Assembly: GCA_017642895.1 (NCBI GenBank)
Contig: JAEPON010000012.1
Coordinates: 37,014-101,013 of the forward strand
DNA length: 64,000 bases
Direction of reading: 5' to 3'
Source: Roseitalea sp.
GTDB lineage: Bacteria > Pseudomonadota > Alphaproteobacteria > Rhizobiales > Rhizobiaceae
Shown: one piece after another, positions 15,185-26,115 of the stretch
Position numbering within the stretch: the first letter of the stretch is position 1
How the letters are laid out: every line of letters starts with the position of its first letter
Position numbers and translations under genes: made by a program
Notes under the pieces: model-generated
What the model was told of the DNA's origin: nothing
The model's input: only the letters and a program-made list of their open reading frames with translations
The model's database searches: none

Positions 15185-16573
15185 ATGCCCATCACCATCA
15201 CAATGCCCGCTCTGTCGCCGACCATGGAGGAAGGCAACCTCGCCAAATGGCTGGTCAAGGAGGGCGACACCGTCTCCGCCGGCGACGTGATCGCCGAGAT
15301 CGAGACCGACAAGGCGACCATGGAAGTGGAAGCCGTGGACGAAGGCACGGTGGCCAGCATTCTGGTCGCCGAAGGCACAGAGGCGGTCAAGGTCAACGCG
15401 CCGATCGCCGTTCTGGCCGAGGAAGGCGAGGATGTGGCGGAGGCCGCCAAGGCGGGACCGTCGGATGGCGCCGCGCCTGCTGCCGAGGCTCCGGCTGAAG
15501 CACCGGCAGCGAGCAATGAGGTCGCCCCTTCGACCGGAGATCCTGGCGCTCAGTCCGCAAGTGGCGGGTGGATAAGCAGCGGTGTGGTCGCCGCCTCCGA
15601 TGGCGGCACGGCAGGCCCGGTCCCGGTCAAGGACGGCCAGAAGGTTTTTTCCTCGCCGCTCGCCCGCCGCATCGCCAACAATGCCGGCATCGACATCACC
15701 GCCATTTCCGGGTCCGGCCCGAAAGGCCGCATCGTCAAACGCGATGTCGAGGCAGCGCTTGCCTCCGGCGCCAAGCCGGCCGCCGAAGCGCCGGCGGCCA
15801 AGGCCGATGCGGCTCCGCCCGCCATGGCCGTCGGCCCGTCGTCCGAACAGGTGCTCGCCAACTTCGCCGAAGGCTCCTACGACCTCGTCAAGCATGACGG
15901 CATGCGCAAGACGATCGCCAAGCGTTTGCAGGAATCGAAGCAAACCATTCCGCATTTCTACGTCACGGTCGATGTGGAACTGGACGCGCTTCTGGCCCTG
16001 CGCTCACAGCTCAACAAGGCGGCACCCGTCAGGGATGACAAGCCGGCCTACAAATTGTCGGTCAACGACATGGTGATCAAGGCGCTGGCGCTGGCGCTGC
16101 GCGACGTGCCCGACGCCAACGTCTCCTGGACGGACGACGCCATGGTCAAGCATCACCATGCCGATGTCGGCGTGGCGGTGTCCATCCCTGGCGGGCTGAT
16201 CACGCCGATCGTGCGCCGTGCCGAGGAAAAGACCCTGTCGGCGATTTCCAACGAGATGAAGGATCTGGGCGCCCGCGCCAAGGACCGCAAGCTGAAACCC
16301 GAGGAATATCAGGGCGGTACGACGGCGGTCTCCAATATGGGCATGATGGGGGTCAAGGATTTTGCCGCCGTCGTCAACCCGCCGCACGCGACCATTCTTG
16401 CCGTCGGTGCGGGCGAGCAGCGCCCGGTGGTCAAGGACGGCGCACTGGCGGTCGCGACCGTCATGAGCGTGACACTGTCGACAGACCATCGCTGCGTCGA
16501 CGGCGCGCTTGGCGCCGAGCTTCTCGCGGCCTTCAAGACCTATGTCGAAAACCCGATGGGGATGCTGGTTTAG
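15185..16573 (+). CDS. pdhC: Dihydrolipoamide acetyltransferase (PDH E2)
   Basis: Start at ATG 15185 after GAGGAG. It has a lipoyl domain, a subunit-binding domain (SSPLARRIA) and the catalytic motif DHRCVDGA. Confidence 0.95.
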   Translation: MPITITMPALSPTMEEGNLAKWLVKEGDTVSAGDVIAEIETDKATMEVEAVDEGTVASILVAEGTEAVKVNAPIAVLAEEGEDVAEAAKAGPSDGAAPAAEAPAEAPAASNEVAPSTGDPGAQSASGGWISSGVVAASDGGTAGPVPVKDGQKVFSSPLARRIANNAGIDITAISGSGPKGRIVKRDVEAALASGAKPAAEAPAAKADAAPPAMAVGPSSEQVLANFAEGSYDLVKHDGMRKTIAKRLQESKQTIPHFYVTVDVELDALLALRSQLNKAAPVRDDKPAYKLSVNDMVIKALALALRDVPDANVSWTDDAMVKHHHADVGVAVSIPGGLITPIVRRAEEKTLSAISNEMKDLGARAKDRKLKPEEYQGGTTAVSNMGMMGVKDFAAVVNPPHATILAVGAGEQRPVVKDGALAVATVMSVTLSTDHRCVDGALGAELLAAFKTYVENPMGMLV

Positions 16574-16640
16574 GGAGTTCGTGACAAATAGTGCCGTCGT
16601 GCCCATCTGAATGGCTTGGCAACCGGATCAGGAGACCGTC

Positions 16641-16892
16641 ATGGCTGAACCCGAAGACATGATCATGCCGATGCTTCGTGAAATGCGCGCGCAGATGAGG
16701 GAAGCGCAAGCCGGTTTTGAAGCGTTTCGCAAGGAGGTGCACGCGGACTTGGATGAGATCAAGCGATCGCAGAAGAACATTCGTCATGCGCTGACTGCAG
16801 ACACGATGATGTCGAAGTTCATAACCGGCGACTTCGAAGACCGCATTACAGCGCTTGAAGAAAAGGTCGATGCGTTGGCGAAAGACCGTTGA
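16641..16892 (+). CDS. Small coiled-coil hypothetical protein
   Basis: ATG 16641 is preceded by AGGAGA at the correct spacing (the ORF track starts it at 16611). 83 aa, charged and helical, with no recognised family. Confidence 0.45.
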   Translation: MAEPEDMIMPMLREMRAQMREAQAGFEAFRKEVHADLDEIKRSQKNIRHALTADTMMSKFITGDFEDRITALEEKVDALAKDR

Positions 16893-17038
16893 GTTGGGGG
16901 AGGGAGCGCGCAGTGGTCTTATCCGTCATGTTCGCCAATGCGGGCTGGCGCGATGCTCGGCAGCTTGGATTGACACCGATCAAGGAGGCATGAGGGCCGG
17001 CGGCTAGGGTGTTGGCAAATCACGGACACAGAGGAGCA

Positions 17039-17281
17039 ATGTCCATGGCGCACACGCCGCACGAACTGGCCGAGGAATTCCCAGAACATGTTGAAAAGAT
17101 GAGTGAAATGAAGGTGTCCAACGCCCATTTCGCTCGCCTTTTCGATGACTATCACGAAATCAACCGGGCCATTCACCGCGCCGAGACGGACATCGAACCC
17201 ACGGATGATTTCAACATGGAGGACATGCGCAAGAAGCGCATGCACCTGAAAGACGAAATCTACGGGATGCTGACCGGCTGA
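17039..17281 (+). CDS. DUF465 (YdcH-like) small protein
   Basis: ATG 17039 follows GAGGAG. The sequence HELAEEFPEH...FARLFDDYHEINRAIHRAE...MEDMRKKRMHLKDEI matches the DUF465 pattern. Confidence 0.75.
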   Translation: MSMAHTPHELAEEFPEHVEKMSEMKVSNAHFARLFDDYHEINRAIHRAETDIEPTDDFNMEDMRKKRMHLKDEIYGMLTG

Positions 17282-17324
17282 TCCTTTGCCCCGGTCGCCT
17301 CCCCGAAAGGACAGGAGAGGCGAC

Positions 17325-18773
17325 TTGGCTGACAATTCCTATGACGTGATCATCATCGGCTCGGGGCCGGGCGGCTATGTGACGGCCATCCGGTCGGCGC
17401 AGCTTGGCCTGAAGACGGCCATCGTCGAGCGCGAGCATCTGGGCGGCATCTGCCTGAACTGGGGCTGCATCCCGACCAAGGCGCTGCTGCGCTCAGCCGA
17501 GATCATGGACTACGCCAGCCACGCCAAGACCTACGGCCTGACGGTGAACGGCACGGTGACGCCGGACGTCAAGGCCGTCGTCGACCGCTCGCGCGGCGTG
17601 TCCGCACGTCTCAATGGCGGCGTCGGCATGCTGATGAAGAAGAACAAGGTCGACGTGATCTGGGGTGAAGCCAAGCTGGCTGGCAAGGGCAAGATAAGCG
17701 TTGGCAAACCGTCCAAGCCCGCCTTCGAACCCCAGCACCCGGCGCCCAAGAACACCAAGGGCGAGGGTGAGTACACCGCCAAGCACATCATTGTCGCCAC
17801 CGGCGCCCGGCCGCGCGCATTGCCGGGCATCGAACCGGACGGAAAACTGATCTGGACCTATTTCGAGGCGATGGTTCCGCAAAAAATGCCGAAGAAGCTC
17901 GTCGTCATGGGCTCGGGCGCCATCGGCATCGAATTCGCGTCGTTCTACAATTCGATGGGCGTCGATGTTACGGTGGTCGAACTGATGGACCATGTCATGC
18001 CGGTCGAGGACGAGGAGATTTCCAAGCTCGCCCGCAAGCAGCTCGAAAAGCACGGGCTCAAGATCATCACCGGCGCCAAGGTGACCAAGGTCGACAAGAA
18101 GTCGGACTCAATTGTCGCCCATGTCGAGGACAAGGAGGGCAAGACGACGCCGGTCGAGGCCGACCGGCTGATCTCGGCGGTCGGCGTGCAGGGCAACATC
18201 GAAAATCTCGGCCTTGAAGCGCTCGGCGTCAAAACCGACCGCGGCTGTGTGGTGATCGACGGCTATGGCCGGACGAATGTCGAGGGCGTCTACGCCATCG
18301 GCGATGTGGCCGGCCCGCCCATGCTGGCGCACAAGGCCGAGCATGAGGGCGTGGTCTGCATCGAGAAGATCGCCGGCCTGCCGGGCGTTCACGCCTTGGA
18401 CAAGAGCCTGGTTCCGGGCTGCACCTATTGCCATCCGCAAGTGGCATCGGTCGGGCTGACAGAAAAGGCCGCGAAAGCCGAGGGGCGCGACATCCGCGTC
18501 GGCCGCTTCCCGTTTGCCGCCAACGGCAAGGCGATCGCGCTCGGCGAAGACCAGGGTCTGATCAAGACCATCTTCGACAAGAAGACCGGCCAGTTGATCG
18601 GCGCGCACATGGTCGGCGCCGAAGTGACCGAACTCATCCAGGGCTTTGTCGTCGCCATGAACCTCGAAACCACCGAGGAAGAGCTGATGCACACCATCTT
18701 CCCGCATCCGACCCTGTCGGAGATGATGAAGGAGAGCGTGCTCGACGCCTATGGACGGGTTCTGAACGCCTGA
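17325..18773 (+). CDS. lpdA: Dihydrolipoyl dehydrogenase (E3)
   Basis: Probable TTG start at 17325 after AGGAGAGG. FAD motif YDVIIIGSGPGGY, redox-active GGICLNWGCIPTK, and a C-terminal HPTLSE. Confidence 0.93.
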   Translation: MADNSYDVIIIGSGPGGYVTAIRSAQLGLKTAIVEREHLGGICLNWGCIPTKALLRSAEIMDYASHAKTYGLTVNGTVTPDVKAVVDRSRGVSARLNGGVGMLMKKNKVDVIWGEAKLAGKGKISVGKPSKPAFEPQHPAPKNTKGEGEYTAKHIIVATGARPRALPGIEPDGKLIWTYFEAMVPQKMPKKLVVMGSGAIGIEFASFYNSMGVDVTVVELMDHVMPVEDEEISKLARKQLEKHGLKIITGAKVTKVDKKSDSIVAHVEDKEGKTTPVEADRLISAVGVQGNIENLGLEALGVKTDRGCVVIDGYGRTNVEGVYAIGDVAGPPMLAHKAEHEGVVCIEKIAGLPGVHALDKSLVPGCTYCHPQVASVGLTEKAAKAEGRDIRVGRFPFAANGKAIALGEDQGLIKTIFDKKTGQLIGAHMVGAEVTELIQGFVVAMNLETTEEELMHTIFPHPTLSEMMKESVLDAYGRVLNA

Positions 18774-18782
18774 TTACGTCGC

Positions 18783-19178
18783 ATGTCCGTTCTTGAACTC
18801 TCCGAACTGCTGAGAAATGGCGCTCTCGCACTGGTTGCGCTTGTCGGGCTATATCTGGCTTGGAAGAGGGTTTTCGCGGCGAACCGTCAGGCCGAGGCCT
18901 CGACACGACAGGCCGAGCTTGCAAGGCGAGATTTTGTCGCAGAACTCTTCAATCGGGCGGTAGGTCAACTCTCCGATGACAGGCTGGAAGTTCGTTTGGG
19001 CGCCGTTTATACGCTGCGGCAAATCGCCGAGGATTTTCCTGATTTGGCGGAACCTGTGTATCGGCTTTTGGCAACCTATATTAGACAAAACTCCAAAGAT
19101 TATGGTGATCTGTCGCCGCCACCCGATATCGATGAGATCATGAAGATGGTGCAGAGATGGCTAGAACTGAAAAACTGA
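18783..19178 (+). CDS. Membrane-anchored N-terminal module of a pentapeptide-repeat protein (possibly the 5' half of a split gene)
   Basis: TM helix plus RLGAVYTLRQIAEDFPDL...LATYIRQNS. In full-length homologues this type of module normally precedes pentapeptide repeats. It overlaps the next ORF by 22 nt in a different frame. Confidence 0.55.
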   Translation: MSVLELSELLRNGALALVALVGLYLAWKRVFAANRQAEASTRQAELARRDFVAELFNRAVGQLSDDRLEVRLGAVYTLRQIAEDFPDLAEPVYRLLATYIRQNSKDYGDLSPPPDIDEIMKMVQRWLELKN

Positions 19179-19495
19179 GACCTGCGCACTTGTCGCCTGA
19201 CACATTGCCGCCACTAGACATTGCCGGGGCGTTTGTTCGGCGTACAGACCTGAGCGGCGCATCGCTGCAAAATGCAAACTTGGCCGGTGCCGATGCCCGT
19301 AATGCCAGATTTGTTGGCACCGATTTTAAAGACGCGAACCTGAAGGGCACCGTGCTCTTGGGCGCGGACCTGACGGATGCACGGAATCTGACGGTTGAGC
19401 AATTGTCCGAAGCAATTGTCGATGAGACCACGTTGTTGCCAGACTATATTGACGGCAGCAAGTTGGTCCGTCGCCCGACGACCGTTGTGAACTGA
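19157..19495 (+). CDS. Pentapeptide-repeat protein (possibly the 3' half of a split gene)
   Basis: Tandem A(D/N)LxG-type pentapeptides: [48 protein letters not shown]. Confidence 0.7.
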   Translation: MARTEKLRPAHLSPDTLPPLDIAGAFVRRTDLSGASLQNANLAGADARNARFVGTDFKDANLKGTVLLGADLTDARNLTVEQLSEAIVDETTLLPDYIDGSKLVRRPTTVVN

Positions 19496-19509
19496 ACGGG
19501 AAGATTGGA

Positions 19510-19761
19510 ATGGACGCCAAAGCACTGCTCATCATGGCCGGGATCGGCATTGTCGCCGGGTTTCTGGCAAGCCTCGTCGCCGGTGGCGGCAGCGGCATCA
19601 TCACCTATCTGATCACCGGCGTTCTGGGCGCCTTTGTCGGCGGCTTCGTTTTTTCGGCAGCCGGTATCAAGCTCGGCAGCATGACGCCGCTCGTCGGCCA
19701 GATCGTCACCTCGACCGTCGGCGCGATCATCGTCATCATCGTTGCGCGCATGATCACCTAG
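19510..19761 (+). CDS. GlsB/YeaQ/YmgE family stress-response membrane protein
   Basis: 83 aa, glycine-rich with three TM helices ([13 protein letters not shown]...[12 protein letters not shown]...[12 protein letters not shown]). Confidence 0.85.
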   Translation: MDAKALLIMAGIGIVAGFLASLVAGGGSGIITYLITGVLGAFVGGFVFSAAGIKLGSMTPLVGQIVTSTVGAIIVIIVARMIT

Positions 19762-19772
19762 GAACTTTTGAC

Positions 19773-20744
19773 ATGGTCACCATTGTCGACACGGTCAAAG
19801 CGGAAAAAGCGAAACCCCGCCATCCGGAAAAGGCGCATCGGCCCGATCAGGAGTCCGGTCTGAAAAAGCCGGACTGGATCCGCGTGCGTGCGCCCGTCTC
19901 CAAGGGCTTTCACGAGACCAACACAATCGTCCAGTCGCACAATCTGGTGACCGTGTGCGGCGAAGCCGGCTGCCCGAACATCGGTGAGTGCTGGGACAAG
20001 AAGCATGCCAGCTTCATGATCCTGGGCGAGATCTGCACCCGCGCGTGCGCCTTCTGCAATGTGACGACCGGCATGCCGACGGGCATCGACCGGGACGAAC
20101 CGCTCAATGTCGCCAAGGCCGTCAAGAAGATGGGCCTGAACCATGTGGTGATCACGTCGGTCGACCGGGACGATCTGCCCGATGGCGGTGCGCAGCATTT
20201 CGTCGATGTGATCAATGCCATTCGCGACCATTCCCCCGGCACGACGGTCGAGGTTCTGACGCCCGACTTCCTGCGCAAGGACGGCGCGCTGGAGATGGTC
20301 GTCGCCGCTAGGCCCGATGTCTTCAACCACAATCTGGAGACCGTCGCGTCCAACTATCTGACGGTGCGGCCCGGCGCCCGCTATTTCCACTCGATGCGGC
20401 TTCTGCAGCGGGTCAAGGAACTCGATCCGACCATGTTCACCAAATCGGGGATCATGGTGGGCCTGGGCGAAACGCGCAACGAGGTGCTGCAACTGATGGA
20501 TGATCTGCGCACCGCCGATGTCGATTTCCTGACGATCGGCCAGTATCTCCAGCCGACCAAGAAGCATCACAAGGTGATGGCCTATGTCACGCCGGACGAG
20601 TTCGCGTCCTACGAGACGGCGGCCTATGCCAAGGGCTTTCTGATGGTCTCGGCCAGCCCGCTGACGCGCTCCTCGCACCATGCAGGCGAGGATTTCGACA
20701 AGCTGCGCGCTGCGCGGGCGAAGAAACTGGCAGCCGCCGGGTAA
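19773..20744 (+). CDS. lipA: Lipoyl synthase
   Basis: Radical-SAM motif [10 protein letters not shown] plus the auxiliary cluster [12 protein letters not shown]. Confidence 0.96.
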   Translation: MVTIVDTVKAEKAKPRHPEKAHRPDQESGLKKPDWIRVRAPVSKGFHETNTIVQSHNLVTVCGEAGCPNIGECWDKKHASFMILGEICTRACAFCNVTTGMPTGIDRDEPLNVAKAVKKMGLNHVVITSVDRDDLPDGGAQHFVDVINAIRDHSPGTTVEVLTPDFLRKDGALEMVVAARPDVFNHNLETVASNYLTVRPGARYFHSMRLLQRVKELDPTMFTKSGIMVGLGETRNEVLQLMDDLRTADVDFLTIGQYLQPTKKHHKVMAYVTPDEFASYETAAYAKGFLMVSASPLTRSSHHAGEDFDKLRAARAKKLAAAG

Positions 20745-20748
20745 CCTG

Positions 20749-21222
20749 ATGCCGCAATTTTCCTCGACACGGCGCGTCGGGCACAGTGCCGATGCCATGT
20801 TCGCTCTGGTGGCCGATGTCGAGAAATATCCGGACTTCGTGCCGCTCTGCGAGGCACTCACCGTGCGCTCGCGGCGCGAAAAGGCGGGCCGGACGCTTCT
20901 GGTCGCCGATATGACAGTCGGCTACAAGGCGATCCGCGAGACCTTCACCAGCCAGGTGATCCTCAAGGCCAACGATCGCGAAATCGATGTCTCCTATGTC
21001 GACGGACCGTTCAAATATCTCAGCAATGTCTGGCGTTTCGTGGATTGCGGCGATGGCTGTTGCGACGTGCATTTCCACATCGACTATGAGTTCAAAAGCC
21101 GCATGCTGGGCGCGCTGATGGGCGCGATGTTCGACCGTGCCTTCCGCAAGTTCTCGCAGGCGTTCGAGGAGCGGGCCGATACGCTGCATGGCCACATGGC
21201 GCATCCGGCCGCCGGCGCCTGA
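20749..21222 (+). CDS. SRPBCC-fold protein (COQ10/RatA-like polyketide cyclase family)
   Basis: Start at ATG 20749. The sequence FALVADVEKYPDFVPLC...WRFV fits a START/SRPBCC fold. The position after lipA is conserved. Confidence 0.8.
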   Translation: MPQFSSTRRVGHSADAMFALVADVEKYPDFVPLCEALTVRSRREKAGRTLLVADMTVGYKAIRETFTSQVILKANDREIDVSYVDGPFKYLSNVWRFVDCGDGCCDVHFHIDYEFKSRMLGALMGAMFDRAFRKFSQAFEERADTLHGHMAHPAAGA

Positions 21223-21747
21223 TCAGGCGTCGCCGGTCTTCTGCGGCATCCTGGTGCCCAGTTCCAGCAGCAGTTCGAGCGCCGTCACCACGGCGACCTG
21301 CCGGATGAAGGCCCGGCCGTGATCCTCGAACTGGCGTTTGATGACAAGCGTCGAGCCGAAGGATGAGGCGGCGCCGAACCAGACCGTGCCGACGGGCTTT
21401 GTGTCCGACCCGCCGTCCGGCCCCGCAATGCCGGTGACGGCGACGGCGATATCGGCATCCGAGCGCGCCAGAGCGCCCTCGGCCATCGCGCCGGCAACGT
21501 CTCCGGACACCGCGCCGACCGTATCGAGCACCTCCGGATCGACGCCGAGCATCGCCATCTTGGCGGCGTTGGAGTAAGTGACGAAGCTGCGGTCGAAAAC
21601 GGCCGACGCGCCGGCATGGTCGGTGATCGCCGCGGCGATCATGCCGCCGGTGCAGCTTTCGGCCGTCGCGGCGATCAGGCCCTTTTCGGCAAAACTGCGA
21701 ACCAGTTCCGCCGACAGCACCTCGATGGCCTCTGTCGGATCGTCCAT
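21223..21747 (-). CDS. pncC: CinA-family nicotinamide-nucleotide amidohydrolase (PncC-like domain)
   Basis: 174 aa from ATG 21747. Motifs TAESCTGGMIAAAIT and VAVTGIAGPDGG are present. Confidence 0.85.
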   Translation of the reverse strand: MDDPTEAIEVLSAELVRSFAEKGLIAATAESCTGGMIAAAITDHAGASAVFDRSFVTYSNAAKMAMLGVDPEVLDTVGAVSGDVAGAMAEGALARSDADIAVAVTGIAGPDGGSDTKPVGTVWFGAASSFGSTLVIKRQFEDHGRAFIRQVAVVTALELLLELGTRMPQKTGDA

Positions 21748-21749
21748 CG

Positions 21750-22277
21750 TCAGTCTCCCCTGGCCATGTAGACAACGCTCGCCGTTGCAATCGCCGCAAT
21801 GCCTTCGCCGCGTCCGACAAAGCCCATTTTTTCGTTGGTGGTCGCCTTGACCGAGCAGCGGCCGGCCTCGATGCCGAGAATTGCCGCGAGCTTCTCGCGC
21901 ATGGCTTGCTTGTACGGCGCGATCTTCGGCGCCTCGGCGATGATCGAGACATCGGCGTTCATGATCGTGCCGCCGGCGTCGCGCACGATGCGCGCGGCAT
22001 GGCCGAGGAACAGCGATGACGCCTGGCCCTTCCATTGCGGGTCCGATGGCGGGAAATGATCGCCAATGTCGCCGGCGCCGCACGTGGCGAGCAGCGCGTC
22101 GGTCAGTGCATGAAGGCCCACATCGGCATCAGAATGACCGGACAAAGCCTTGCCATGCGGGATGGCGACGCCGCACAGCATGACATGGTCGCCGGGCCCG
22201 AACCGGTGCACATCATAGCCATTGCCCGTACGGACATCGGGGAGCGTGGGCGCGCCGGGCGCGTTGGCGTCTGTCAT
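21750..22277 (-). CDS. ispF: 2-C-methyl-D-erythritol 2,4-cyclodiphosphate synthase (stand-alone IspF)
   Basis: Start at ATG 22277. Motifs [24 protein letters not shown] and [18 protein letters not shown] are present. There is no room for an IspD domain upstream. Confidence 0.9.
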   Translation of the reverse strand: MTDANAPGAPTLPDVRTGNGYDVHRFGPGDHVMLCGVAIPHGKALSGHSDADVGLHALTDALLATCGAGDIGDHFPPSDPQWKGQASSLFLGHAARIVRDAGGTIMNADVSIIAEAPKIAPYKQAMREKLAAILGIEAGRCSVKATTNEKMGFVGRGEGIAAIATASVVYMARGD

Positions 22278-22361
22278 CACGGGTTCCTGAGCAAATCCGT
22301 TCCGGTTTATCAAAGAGCAGCGATTGCGCAATCGTGCGGCAATGTATAAAGATTAGGCATC

Positions 22362-23405
22362 ATGCCTGACTGCCCAAAAAACGACCAGAGTGATGCGACC
22401 GAGCGGCTGGGCACGCCCTTGGCGATCGGGCCCGTTGCGCTGCGCAACCGTGTGTTCCTGGCGCCCATGTCGGGCATTTCAGACGCGCCATTCCGCAAGC
22501 TGGCCTATGGCCATGGCGCCGGGCTGGTCGTCAGCGAGATGATCGCCAGCCGTGAGTTCTGCCAGGATCATGCCGAAAGCCGCAAACGCGCGGCGCGCCA
22601 TGACGGGCAGGGACCGTTCATGCTTCAACTGGCCGGCCGGGAGGCGCGCTGGATGGGCGAGGCGGCGCGCATCGCGGAGGGCAACGGCGCCGACATCATC
22701 GACATCAATATGGGCTGTCCGGCCAAGAAGGTGACGAGCGGCCTGTCCGGCTCCGCGCTGATGCGCGATCTCGATCATGCGATGACGCTGATCGAGGCGA
22801 CGGTGACGGCCGTCAACGTGCCGGTCACGTTGAAGATGCGGCTCGGCTGGGACGAGACGTCGATCAACGCGCCCGAGCTTGCGCGCCGCGCTGAGGCGGC
22901 CGGTGTCCGGATGATCACGGTGCATGGGCGCACACGCGCGCAGTTCTATGACGGTGTGGCCGACTGGCATGCGGTGGCCGCCGTGCGCGCGGCGACAACG
23001 CTGCCGCTGGTCGTCAATGGTGATATTGCCGACCGCGCCTCGGCCCAAGCCGCGCTTGACGCATCGGGCGCCGACGCGGTGATGATCGGCCGCGCCGCCT
23101 GCGGCCGGCCGTGGCTCGCCGGCGCGATTGCCGGGCAGGGCGCCGGCATGCCCGCGCCCGAGACAATCGGCGCCTATGTGCTCGCCCATTATGACGCGAT
23201 GCTCGACCATTATGGCGCCGGGACCGGCGTGCGTCATGCGCGCAAGCATCTGGGCTGGTATCTGGACGCCCATGCGCGCCATGTGGCCGGCCTTGCGACG
23301 CGCAAGGGCGCGATCCTGCGCGAGCGCGACGCGGACGCGGTCAAACGGCAGCTCGCCGCGATCTTCGCCGAGGTCGCCACCGAAACGCAGGACTTGGCCG
23401 CATGA
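22362..23405 (+). CDS. dusB: tRNA-dihydrouridine synthase (NifR3/DusB)
   Basis: [24 protein letters not shown] and the position immediately upstream of ntrBC (classical nifR3-ntrB-ntrC arrangement). Confidence 0.9.
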   Translation: MPDCPKNDQSDATERLGTPLAIGPVALRNRVFLAPMSGISDAPFRKLAYGHGAGLVVSEMIASREFCQDHAESRKRAARHDGQGPFMLQLAGREARWMGEAARIAEGNGADIIDINMGCPAKKVTSGLSGSALMRDLDHAMTLIEATVTAVNVPVTLKMRLGWDETSINAPELARRAEAAGVRMITVHGRTRAQFYDGVADWHAVAAVRAATTLPLVVNGDIADRASAQAALDASGADAVMIGRAACGRPWLAGAIAGQGAGMPAPETIGAYVLAHYDAMLDHYGAGTGVRHARKHLGWYLDAHARHVAGLATRKGAILRERDADAVKRQLAAIFAEVATETQDLAA

Positions 23406-24543
23406 CTAGGCCCGACACCCGCAATGGCGGCGGCGCGCGGGCGCTGCAGGTGCTCAACACGATCCGCGACCCCGTCATTCTTCTCGATGCCGACAATCTG
23501 ATCCGCTTTGCCAATCTTGAGGCGGAATATTTCTTCCTGTCCTCGTCAACCCATCTGGAAGGCCGCCGGATCGACGATTTCCTGCCCTTTTCGAGCCCGT
23601 TGATCGCGCTCATCGGCCAGGTGCGGCAGGAAGGCTCGCCCGTCAACGAATATCGCGTCGATCTGTCCTCACCGCGTCTTGGCACCGAGCGCGTGGTCGA
23701 TATCCATGTCACGCCGGTGCCCGAAGAGCCGGGCGCCATGGTCATCGTCTTCCGCGAGCGGTCCATGGCCGACAAGTTCGACCGGCAGATGACCCATCGC
23801 GGCGCGGCGCGCTCGGTGACGGGCCTTGCCGCCATGCTGGGCCACGAAATCAAGAACCCGCTCTCGGGCATTCGCGGCGCCGCGCAGCTTCTGGAAGTGT
23901 CGGCGAACGACGAGGACAAGGCGCTGACGCAGCTCATCCGCGCAGAGACCGACCGCATCGTTCAGCTTGTCGACCGGATGGAGGTGTTTTCCGACGAGCG
24001 GCCTGTGGACCGCGAGGCTGTCAACATTCACATCGTCCTTGATCGCGTTGAAAAGATTGCAAAAACCGGATTTGCCCAAGGCGTGCGCTTTTCCAAGGCA
24101 TATGACCCGTCGCTGCCTTTCGTCGCCGGCAACCAGGACCAGTTGATCCAGGTCTTTCTGAACCTTGTGAAGAACGCCGCCGAAGCCTGCGCCGCCGCCG
24201 ACCGGCCGCGCATCAAGCTGCGCACGGCCTATCGCCCGGGCGTCCATCTTTCCATTCCCGGTGCCAATGAGCGCGTGTCGCTGCCGCTGGAATTTTCCGT
24301 CGAGGACAATGGTCCGGGCGTGCCCGAGGATATCCGCATGCACATGTTCGACCCGTTCATCACCACCAAGCCGAACGGATCGGGCCTCGGACTGGCGCTG
24401 GTTGCCAAGATCGTCGGCGACCATGGCGGCGTCATCGAATGCGACAGCGCGCCGAGCCGGACGCTGTTCCGCATCCTGATGCCAGCCGCTCCCAAAGCGA
24501 TGACCCGAAACGGCACGGCCACCGACACCAGCGAGGCCCTGAC

Positions 24544-24547
<4 letters not shown>
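23402..24547 (+). CDS. ntrB: Nitrogen-regulation sensor histidine kinase NtrB
   Basis: PAS domain, H-box [18 protein letters not shown]-box NLVKNAAEA and G-box DNGPGVP...GSGLGL. Overlaps the dusB stop and the ntrC start. Confidence 0.9.
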
Positions 24548-26004
<1,457 letters not shown>

Positions 26005-26115
26005 GACACAAACGGATTTTCCACGACAATGCGGCTTGCGGCGACCCCGCGCGTTGCATTATTGCCACAATGTGTTGCGCAAATGCGACTCCGGGTCGGG
26101 GGCGATGAGGCAGGC

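Noticed and set aside
20749-21222. Possible RatA-type toxin of a toxin-antitoxin pair.
   Set aside because: There is no adjacent small antitoxin ORF. The gene sits in the conserved lipA/cinA/ispF neighbourhood, so it is more consistent with a housekeeping SRPBCC/COQ10-like protein.
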